Shown: one piece after another, positions 40,201-49,293 of the stretch | Layout: every line of letters begins with the position of its first letter | Position numbering within the stretch: position 1 is the stretch's first letter | Assembly (NCBI RefSeq): GCF_018977255.1 | Contig: NW_024705337.1 | Span: 1 to 53,492 of the forward strand | Source of the DNA: Callorhinchus milii | Taxonomy: Eukaryota | DNA: 53,492 bases | Direction: 5' to 3' | Program-made: the position numbers and the translations under genes | Notes under the pieces: model-generated | What the model was told of the DNA's origin: nothing | Seen by the model: only the letters and a program-made list of their open reading frames with translations | Database searches by the model: none

Positions 40201-42186
40201 GGGATTTAATCGAGTCTGGCGCAATAAGGCCTCACTAACCTACTGCAGAGAGAACTCCGCTACGGTTTATTCCAACCCAATTTGAAAGTATAGCGAATCG
40301 CTACCACATGTGTAGAGTCGGAGGCCCCTTATGTATCGCACGTTCAAAGTCCATAGAGGATACCTCTACATCACGACTTGAGGGAGATGCTGACGCGAAG
40401 GTGCGTTAGCCAACGACGTGGCATCCAAGCCTGCTACATTTAATCAGGGCCCGTGCGAACACGCGTGCCGATCAATGCAAACGGTATGCGATATTCCTGG
40501 GGTAATGGTCACTCCGGCTCCTTTGGCTGTGAATCCCGAAATGGGTATCGAATGATTGGTCTATATTAGCGTCGAAACCTAATGCGAAGAGTCACTAAAT
40601 CCTTGTACCCTAGAGTAGAACGCGAAAAGTATGCTCTGCTGTCAATGCGTCGTACCGATCGCTAGCAAACATTGATCTCGAGCACCGGCTAATTTTTTCT
40701 AGCCTGGTCCAGATCTAAGTCGGCTCTTAGAGGGTCAGCGGTTCCTCATGCTATATGAAGTCGACCCCGAACCTTCCATAGTGTAGCTTTAGTCTCGTGG
40801 CAGCCCGAGGTTTGTCTAACCCCCAGATCCTTATGGAATGGTCTGATTCGTGTTATCGATACTTACAAACCAAAGCGCTGAGTCAGGCACCGGTTAGTCT
40901 ACGTTAGACCACAGGTCGCTTACACATTTTTGCTTGCGCCTCCGCTTTTCCTAGGTACGACTTCGAGTGACATAACCAACCCTTCAGACCTCTAAAAGCA
41001 TCACGGGGTGTTCCAATATTGAACGGCTTGCCAAAGAGGATCGATACCTCCCTAATATGAGCAACCACCGGCCTAATAATACCCTTCCCAGAGAAGTCCT
41101 GTGTAGTATCACTTATGTTGGTTATTTAGTAGGCTCATCCTACGGAAGATGCCCTGCTCTTATGCGTGGTCGTACTCTGAGATCAGTAGCTATTAATGTC
41201 CGTTATCTCGAAATAATCTATCAGCTAGAACTTGCCTATGGCGTGCTCCCGGTTGGTAAGGTCGATCCCAGATCGCATGTACTCCTCAACAGGATCTTAT
41301 GTGAGTCACAGCTAGGATCGAAGCTCAATCGATCATGCCGCGGACCAAAGCTACGGTATGCGCACAAGGTTTCCGTTATGGGGACATTTACTATGCTCAA
41401 AGGAAGGCATGCGCATACGGTCAGTTCAGATGACCCGAGTTCGTTTGGTTTATCTCACATGACGTTAAGAAAGATGAGATGCGTCGCACAGAAACTCACC
41501 TGCTTTAAGCTTCTCTGCGCCTTCAGCTGTGACTCGGTGACCCTATTCCTCACTCTAAAACCCCTGTCGCGATGCATTAATCGCACCAGCGTCATACTCA
41601 GCTGCAGAGACTAGCTCACGCGCTAAGTCGTTGGTGGTGGATGGCTGTGCAGGCCCAAGTGCGCCAGCCTCGGATGTTTCCGCGGACAATATGTAACTGA
41701 ATCATACAACTCCACGGGTTCGCTCGGTCGGTTTCGCTGGGGCAACTCACTCGGCCGATGAGGACTGTTTGATTAGGTGCCCTTGCATTCCATTACCTGG
41801 TATCAGCCGGAGAGAAGGTAAGCTGGGCTCTCAGATCGGACGAATGCGTAGTCACCGACCTTGCTAAGGGTCTAATTGAGGAGGTGCCCGGTCAGATCTG
41901 CCTAGCAACCCTAACGAATGAGAGGTTAAATGAACGATAACGTGCTTATAGTATTTCGAACTTTGAGGCTCAACAACAGGAAACGTTTTAACGTCTTTGT
42001 GCGTCCTGAGACTTGAGGCCCCATGTAGAGGATGCGAGTGGGATCATCAGATCAATAGGGCAGTCGCAGTTTGAAAGAAGGGGGATTCTACTTATTTGGA
42101 GACATGTACCAACCCTTGAAATTGGTCAAATTGTGATGGCGTTTGACTGGAGTCGAACCATTTGGGATCCTGGCCAGGGAAGTTAC
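13207..42186. other. ~29-kb featureless, random-like block; probably shuffled, synthetic or artefactual
   Basis: No copy of any flanking repeat family, no microsatellites or long AT tracts, frequent TA/CG/CTAG, near-even composition. Longest ORF is 185 aa and the rest are <=105 aa, none with a recognisable motif. Confidence 0.8.
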
Positions 42187-42638
42187 ATCACTGTACCAGC
42201 TGATATCACTGTGCCAGCTGGTGTCACTGCGACCAGCTGGTGTCACCGTACCAGCTGATGTCACCGCGCCAGCTGGTGTCACCGCGCCAGCTGGTGTCAC
42301 CGCGCCAGCTGATGTCACCGCGCCAGCTGGTGTCACGCGACCAGCTGGTGTCACCGCCAGCTGGTGTCACCGACCAGCTGGTGTCACCGCGTACCAGCTG
42401 GTGTCACCGCACCAGCTGGTGTCACCGTACCAGCTGGTGTCACCGTACCAGCTGGTGTCACCCGCACCAGCTATGTCACCGTACCAGCTGGTGTCACCTG
42501 TACCAGCTGGTGTCACCGTACCAGCTGGTGTCACCTTGCCAGCTGATGTCACTGTACCAGCTGGTGTCACTGCACCAGCTGGTGTCACCGCACCAGCTGG
42601 TGTCACCGCACCAGCTGGTGTCACCGCACCAGCTGGTG
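42187..42638. repeat. 18-bp tandem minisatellite, ~25 copies, consensus ACCAGCTGGTGTCACCG(C/T)
   Basis: Directly visible period; some units are 16-20 nt from indels; each unit holds the dyads ACCAGCTGGT and GGTG-T-CACC. Confidence 0.95.
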
Positions 42639-43627
42639 CTGCTGGGTCCATCGGGCCGGGCTGCTTGCGCTGGGGCAAAGCGGCGAGCGCTCCCGCGGCT
42701 CTCTTCGACGCGTCTGGCCGGGTGGGCGTGACGAGTTTCTAAATTGGAGGCCCTTCCGCTAATCGTGGGCTCGTGGCTCCGATTATCATGGTTTGCTGTG
42801 TACGGTGCGAAAGAAGTCCAACATGCATAAATACGAATGCAAGTCATCGCTGTATCCTGTTTCTATATGATAATGTGTGAGAAATATTATGGGTCGGCCA
42901 GCCAGTGGTAACAGCACTGTGATAAGCTAATCCTCTGGCTTCTTTGCTACAGATGGCTCATTGATTTCTCATTCCCCTTGCAAAGAGTCAATCATGAATC
43001 AGATTAAAAGAAAATACGTATAATTACCTGGAACGCACGGCCACCTATATTTAGTGTTTTGCAACAACAACAACAACAAAAACTGGCTGCATCCTTACTC
43101 ATGAAAATTTGCATTTTAATGCTTTGGGGTTCAATTAGCGTAGGGGAAATGCTATTAGTATTTGGCTTCAAGAGAAACCACATGGAGTTATGCGTGCTTC
43201 TTTTTTTTGCGTGCTACAGTGATCCATAAATATTAATGGTCATTTTAATGTGATTACGGTCTCATGAAGAAATCGCCTAATGTGTTTTGAGGCGTTTCAA
43301 AAATCGAGAGTCTGCTTAATATTTGTAACGTGTGCGCACTTCAAAGGCGGCCGTTAAAAGTATACGGAGAGCTATCCCCTTCATAGGCACATCCAATGTA
43401 AATTACTGGATCAATCTGACACGTTAACATAGGCAGGTGCATACATGATTTCTGATTTCATGGAAATATTTCTTACATTTTTACTTTGACCTGAATGGAT
43501 TTAATTTAGAACCAGTCATGTGAAAACTATCTAATGGATTTTTTAAATAATTTGTTGATTCGTGTAGTGTGTTGTTCTTTGACTGGAACTAATCGAGGCT
43601 CAAGTTATAGAAAACAAATCAAAGCAC

Positions 43628-43862
43628 GATGCGATGCTCATCTCCTGTACACAGCCCTCAGCCGGTGGTGGAAACTCCACATTCCTATGACAGGGGCATG
43701 TCTTCCATAGGATATTCTCCCATAACGGATGCACAATGGTACCGTTCTTTTTTTATCGAAAGAAATGAACAAAACGCTGAGCCGACCTGAACCGGAATTT
43801 GAAATTTGAAATCATAACCTTCCCATTGCAAGCGATGCACTCTGACCACTGCGCTACATGGC
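43628..43862 (-). mobile_element. tRNA-derived SINE, family B
   Basis: Reverse complement gccatgtagcgcagtggtcagagtgc (A-box) ... ttcaaattcc (B-box-like) ... ggtcggctcagc ... ggctgagggctgtgtacaggagatgagcatc. Confidence 0.65.
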
Positions 43863-45023
43863 AGATTTAGTCTCAGTGTCTAGACTTGATAAATCCACCG
43901 CTTGCATAATCCACCAACCCTGACTTCCAAGACAGACTTTGTTTTATATCACATGCCTCATGGCACCTATGCCCAGTCCTATTACGCAGCAGTCTGGGAG
44001 ACTGGCGGGGCGAACTCACCGATAATTAATCCCCACAATCGTATGGGCTTCCCGTTACGAGTTGGCATTTGTACAGAGACTCAGCTGCATGTCTGCTTAA
44101 GTACCCTGCCTTGAAATGAGAACACTCACGTGTGCCTGTGCATTCGTGCTCGAAATCTGGGCTATCCCCACTCACTCACTCACCCACTCATTCGCAACGG
44201 TGACAGAATCCCAAAGAGCCTTGTTTGCGACAAGTCAAGGTGTTTAACTGCTCAAATGAGCTTGGGGCCAGTGATCAAGTCCATCGGTGGCCCTGCGCTA
44301 GTGGTGAAAAGTCTGAAATCTCTATAGTAGAAGGGCAGACATTCCATGGGACTACCAACTGTTGACAACCCACATTTTCATTTCTCACGAAGTGTTTCTT
44401 ATTTTGCTGGTCACCAAGGGACGATGCGAGTTGCTTATGTAACTGAGATATAATCAAGCGTCGAAATGCCTGTGGCCAGTTATGTAACATTTATTCCGTA
44501 TTTATTTGTTATTGTTTCCTTAGTTCACGTAGATATACATTGCAAACAAAGTGGAAGCATAATTACGCAATCCATACAGCCTCTCACATCATCATCATCG
44601 TCGTGAGCCTAGCAAACAGGCATTTATTTTCCTTTATTCATAACTTGATAGCCAAGACATCAGCAAAAAACACAGCGATCCAAAAATGTTATTTTTGTCT
44701 TCGAGACGGCATGACCTTACCTGTAGAGCTTGGGTGAACAAAACACACACACATTGAATGAATAAAATTATCAAGCGTGGTAGCCACTGGCTCGCTGACA
44801 TCGGTTAGCCATGAGGCAAGAGATGTGATACGAGTGCGAGAGAGTGCAGAGCGGGTGCACGTGTTTGAGCACGGTGAAGAAGGAGAGGCGGGGATTGCGT
44901 GCCATTCTTCGTTGTGGTGAAACGGATAGCAACTGAAGGATGCGTAGCTGCTGAAGTTTGCAGTGACATGGGGGTAATTAACGTGCATCGATTTACTCTG
45001 ACAATACGCAAATACTATTTTTT

Positions 45024-45374
45024 AATTCTTGGTTCTTTCGGTAAAGTCACGTAGAAGGGAAATAATAAAATAATATAAATAAAAAATAATAAAAATATCA
45101 CGACGTTTCGACTGCAACACAAGCAATCATCATCAGGTGTGAAATCCATAGCAAGAACATTTGAAAAAAGTGACGTTAGGAAAACCGCCACTTTTTTCAA
45201 ATTTTCTTGCCGTGGATTTCACACCTGATGATGATTGCTTGTGTTGCTGTCTAAACGTCATGAGAATTTTTATTGTTTTATATTCATATTATTTTATTTT
45301 TCCCTTCTACGTGACTTTACCGAAAGAACCAAGAATATGAATCCCTGCAATCATGAAAGCTTTAAATCAAAATT
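45024..45374. mobile_element. Penelope-like fold-back element, family 1
   Basis: ~150-bp inverted arms centred ~45180; right arm has the tail; imperfect TSD tactatttt(ct)ttaa starting at 45013 and 45375. Confidence 0.88.
45098..45142 (-). ncRNA. Minimal type I hammerhead ribozyme (intact core)
   Basis: Reverse complement tcacac CTGATGA t gattgc ttgtgtt gcagtc GAAA cGTC gtga; the plus-strand twin at ~45218-45264 has GAAA>TAAA. Confidence 0.8.
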
Positions 45375-45409
45375 TACTATTTTCTTTAACAATATTTTTT
45401 GAATTTTTT

Positions 45410-45708
45410 CATTTTACCAGATAAAGCCCACTGAGCTATTAGATCCTTTCAGAAGTGACTTGGCCACACAAATTATAGCTCAGCGAAGTGGCTTATCACG
45501 TGCCAATTCAAAGTCTGTAACCAAATATTCCAAACGTCTGTTTCTAAAATGTAGAGGGGAAACCCGGACGACCCGCAGAAAAATCCACGTGACCACGGGG
45601 AGAAAGGCACGCAAACTACAAATATACAGGAGGTGTCAGGGTCGGGAATTGAAACCTACGACCTCCTGCATACCAGGCGAGGGAGTTAACATCCCTCCAC
45701 TGGCACCC
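45410..45708 (-). mobile_element. V-SINE, near full length
   Basis: Antisense match along its length to 48219-48509 (head gatgttaactccctcgcctgg, V-domain, tail cttctgaaa...gctcag.gggc.ttayctggtaa). Confidence 0.8.
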
Positions 45709-45829
45709 ATCGATGATGTTGGCTTAACAAGATGCATGGCAGACTAGAACATGCATTCATTTCTGCTGTGTGAAATCCACCGCACATGGGCAGACGCCAG
45801 CCTATCCATAGGGAACCCGCAGTGTAACA

Positions 45830-45947
45830 GTGTTACTCACTTTATCGACCTTGCAGGAATGATGGGTTGAATCGACTACCGAAACCAGGATTTTGAGCTC
45901 GTGAGATTTGTCGCATGCCAGGCAAGTGTCTCGCCCACGTTGTCACT
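45830..45947 (-). mobile_element. SINE family B fragment
   Basis: Reverse complement gagctcaaaatcctgg...gtcgattcaacccatcattcctgcaaggtcgataaagtgagtaac. Confidence 0.55.
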
Positions 45948-46459
45948 TCGACTGTGTCGACAGTACGCAAACTGCGAGATTTTTTGTTACAACACAAACT
46001 CCAAACGACCTCAGGGCAAAATAAATGAAAACATCATTCCACAAACAACAAAGATGCTGCTGCAGCAGCTGCCGCTGTGTAGTGTTACAGCATTGGGCTT
46101 GTGAGTGTAGTTGAGATATATCAGTCTGCTTTTATTTGGTTGTTTCCTTTGGTGACATTAATGAATGCAGAAATTTTACGTAAATTGTCCCGCATCACAA
46201 CAGCAGCTAGTTAAGAACCTTTCATCGTGCATGCCACTTTGTACGGAAAAAAGAGCTGATCTTTTCCACAGCCTTCCCTGCCACAATCAAAGGCCACCAT
46301 CATCCAATCCACGGACATGCATGTTGCCGTACGATGATTTGCGCACTCGTGTGCGCCGGCAAACATAGCTTCGATTCCTCACCGTGGCAAGCATCAATGT
46401 GGAAAGTGCTATCTGAACCTGCCTTGGTCTTCGCTGCTGTGCTTTGTTAAAAAAAAAAC

Positions 46460-46570
46460 ATCAGCAATGGGGAGGCAAAGGTGGCTGGGAATGGTTTTGA
46501 GGCAAACTATCCCCTCATGTGCCACGCTGTGTTCATAGGCGCTTGCTAACAGCGCTTTCCCCGATCATCT
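46460..46570 (+). mobile_element. Old SINE family A 3' fragment
   Basis: ggggaggcaaaggtggctggg...cccctcatgtgcc...ttcataggcgcttgctaacagcgctt. Confidence 0.5.
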
Positions 46571-46643
46571 GCATGGCTGCATGTGGTTATTGTCTTTGAG
46601 TACGTGTGAGTGATAGACTTTGTGAATATTTAGTAAAGGATTA

Positions 46644-46770
46644 TCTTTGGTTCTTTCGGTAAAGTCACGTAGGTAAACATAGCATTTATTTAATTTAAGA
46701 CCTACGTGACTTTACCGAAAGAACCAAAGAGTATGGAGTCCTGCAGTCACGAAAGCTTCAAATCTAGAAT
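46644..46770. mobile_element. Short PLE family 1 fold-back element (no ribozyme)
   Basis: tctttggttctttcggtaaagtcacgtaggt / acctacgtgactttaccgaaagaaccaaaga plus tail; TSD ttagtaaag at 46630-46638 and 46773-46781. Confidence 0.85.
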
Positions 46771-46799
46771 TATTAGTAAAGTGTTTGTGAAAATTATTA

Positions 46800-46915
46800 G
46801 GACAAGGTGGTGCTGTGACAGGGAGCTCAACTCCAAATCGGAAGGTTGCAAGTTCAAACTCTATCTTGGGTCAACTCAACCAATCATCCTTCGGAGGTCG
46901 AAAAAATGAATACCA
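46800..46915 (+). mobile_element. SINE family B, interrupted by a PLE insert
   Basis: ggttgcaagttcaaactc (B-box-like) ... gggtcaactcaaccaatcatccttcggaggtcgaaaaaatgaatacca. Confidence 0.65.
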
Positions 46916-46926
46916 CTTCTTAGAAA

Positions 46927-47029
46927 TTCTAGATTTGAAGCTTTCGTGACTGCAATGATTCATACTCTTAGTTCTTTCGGTAAAGTAATTTTTTTACCTA
47001 CGTGACTTTACCGAAAGAACTAAGAGTAT
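46927..47029. mobile_element. Minimal PLE family 1 fold-back element (~100 bp)
   Basis: Left arm with tail, right arm short; exact 12-bp TSD acttcttagaaa at 46915-46926 and 47030-47041. Confidence 0.88.
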
Positions 47030-47214
47030 ACTTCTTAGAAAGTCAACAGCGGCTCCATTTGGATGAGGAATTCCCACCACAGGCTAACCAAGACAATGGT
47101 TTAATCACGACTAACTTGCTAACCAGGACAGTGACCAGATTGAGCCTATCAACTCACTACACACTTGAGAATCATTTTTTTTACCACGGGCAGGATCTGA
47201 ACAGTGCTCAAGTG

Positions 47215-47435
47215 TCGATTTAAAGCTTTCGTGACTGCAGGGATTCATCTTCTTGGTTCTTTCGGTAAAGTCACGTAGAATGTAAATAATAAATTAATAA
47301 AAAATGAAGCATAATAAAATGATATTATTTTATATTATAATAAAACATAATAAAATTATATTATTTCATATTATTTTATTATGTTTTATTTTTATTATTT
47401 ACATTCAACGTGACTTTACCGAAAGAACCAAGAAG
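47215..47435. mobile_element. PLE family 1 fold-back element
   Basis: Left arm with tail, AT-rich centre, right arm short; exact 12-bp TSD agtgctcaagtg at 47203-47214 and 47436-47447. Confidence 0.88.
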
Positions 47436-48218
47436 AGTGCTCAAGTGGTGCAGTGACACGTCCGTTAGGAGCCACCTGGTCACGCACACATTGCCATACG
47501 ATGGATCACGGCCACCGCCCAACACGTCGCAACATTATATATCGTTTTCCTATTTAGGTGCAGTCTTATTGACGAATGATAATTCATTTTGTTATATGAC
47601 TCGTACTGGTTGCGTGTGGTGCTGGGATGGTAAAGCTCTACGATAATCACGGTTCGTCTTGATGACGATAACGAGATGACATCGCGACTACGTACCAAAG
47701 GCCAAATATTTACCTTGCGATACCAACAAAGAACCTGGTCCTGGGGATTTAATTAACTCTCCGAAACAAACCACTTGACGGGGAGACAGTATGGCAACTC
47801 CACCTGCCAAGCCCCCCCCCCATCTCCAACCCCATCTGCTCAATTGTCAAGACGTCTCGCGAATGTTTAATCTACTCAGAGCCACGCTTGGGCAATTCGC
47901 ATTTAGCGGCTTCAGACTCCGCGAGCGTGACCCTCCCTCCGCCGGCAGCGGCGACGGACGGAGGTGGAACGAGGCCGTACGAGACGACGCGACGTCTTCG
48001 CCATCGCGTGTGCCCAGGCGTGCGACAAGGATGGAGAAGCGTGCGTCACACCACATCTGACCGAATTTCGCCGTCTCCCTCCGACATGGCTTATTAGTGT
48101 TGGGCAGACGCGCGCAATGTGCTCTGCGCGCCGCTCTGGCTGCCGTGCAGCTGTTTTGCCGTCGCGATCCCGCATTGCGACGTAGGTTTCTCTCGCACGC
48201 GTGCCACAGCCAGTATAC

Positions 48219-48509
48219 GGGGTGCCGTGGTATGGGAGATGTTAACTCCCTCGCCTGGGATACAGGGGGTCGTGGGTTCGATCCCGACACTGATGCCTGC
48301 TGTATATTTGGAGTGTGCGTGTCTCTCTCTCTCTGTGATCGCGTGGATTTTTCTCCATGGACCTCTAGTTATTCCCTCCACATTTACCAACGTGCTTTTA
48401 GAGTATGTGGCTGCAATAAATGCCCAAGTTGGGCGATCATTTGTGGTGAGGTCGCTTCTGAAAAAAAGCTACATTGCTCAGCGGGCCTTACCTGGTAAGA
48501 TAAAAAATA
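48219..48509 (+). mobile_element. V-SINE, full length, with Pol III boxes
   Basis: Head ggggtgccgtggtatgggag, B box GGTTCGATCCC at 48275-48285, V-domain ttggagtgtgcgtgtctc..cgcgtggatttttctcc, A-rich 3' end. Confidence 0.8.
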
Positions 48510-48967
48510 GTTTATGGTTCGTTTAGATTTGTCGTGTACATTTAATGGAATCGTCGCTGTCATTTAAGCGGAGGCGCGGATAACAAGTCTGTCTTTCAAG
48601 CTCATATTTAACAGCAATAATAATAATGATGATAAAAACAAACACCACGTTACACAATCAAAATGTCGATTCAATTTGTATCATCCACAAATTCTTTCGC
48701 CATTGATTTTCATCACATTTTAGTGACCCATTTTGATGTAAACACCATCTGGCAGAATAGGACAACGTCCCCAATCTTTGCCATTTGTGTTGTCTGTGGC
48801 CGTGTATTTTTTAAGTAAGGCTGGCATGGCACACGAGGGGGGGGGGGAGGCTGTGGTCAAAACCACAGATGCCCAGCCATATTTCTCATAATGATAATTC
48901 GTTTTTTTTTCGATGCAGCGCCCGCCAGGGGCTTCGCGGAGCCATTCAGATCGCGTCTCATTCTCAC

Positions 48968-49293
48968 CACATTGGAAAAGGGCACCCCCAGAGGCAGCTG
49001 CCCCCGTGTGGCATTGAGGTGACTCAGCTTATGGCCTGCAAACGGGCATTCGTCATCTCCCAGGATGGAGCGATGATCGCTGCTTTGCGCAATCCAACTT
49101 GAGTCACTTTTCGTGGACATCGAGTCTTTGTGAGTTGGCCTCAGTTGCAGTGTCAATGTGTCGCAGCTCTCGTCTGTGTGGGATGGTGATCGTTTGGTTT
49201 TATTTGTATCTGGTTGGGTGATGTGTTCACTTCCTTCTACTTGTTCTTGTCTTGTCTGTTGCTGTGACGTTCTTACACGCCCCGACTGGACAT
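48968..49293 (-). CDS. Candidate internal exon (326 nt), Ser/Thr/Gln-rich, product unknown
   Basis: Acceptor ctctttttcacag|, donor gtg|gtgaga, open frame DVQSGRVRTSQQQTRQEQ...GVPFSNV; no motif recognised. Confidence 0.3.

Noticed and set aside
41057..41614. 185-aa ORF, the longest in the central block
   Set aside because: No recognisable motif and random-like composition; one ORF of this length in six frames of 29 kb is not compelling.
15948..41769. Isolated 12-15-nt exact matches within the central block (e.g. ggatttaatcgag at ~15948/40202; ccgatgaggactgtt at ~17183/41755)
   Set aside because: A few matches of this length are expected by chance in 29 kb; no periodicity or third copy seen.
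13207..42186. Endogenous virus, Polinton/Maverick or other giant element
   Set aside because: No long ORFs, polymerase/capsid/integrase motifs, TIRs, LTRs or TSD visible.
42187..42638. CRISPR-like array of palindromic repeats
   Set aside because: Units abut directly with no unique spacers, there are no cas genes, and the context is eukaryotic.
42088..42847. Repeat-protein ORFs (PAGVTA, YQLVSP, TSWCHR)
   Set aside because: Frames stay open because the 18-mer lacks stops in most frames; the peptide pattern switches frame repeatedly, and the start of 42143-42742 lies in the random-like block.
48219..48290. tRNA gene
   Set aside because: A B box is present but I could not fold a cloverleaf; the sequence continues into a V-SINE body with a second copy at 45410-45708.
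47791..48526. Cluster of overlapping ORFs on both strands
   Set aside because: Explained by a GC/CpG-rich tract poor in stop codons plus the V-SINE.
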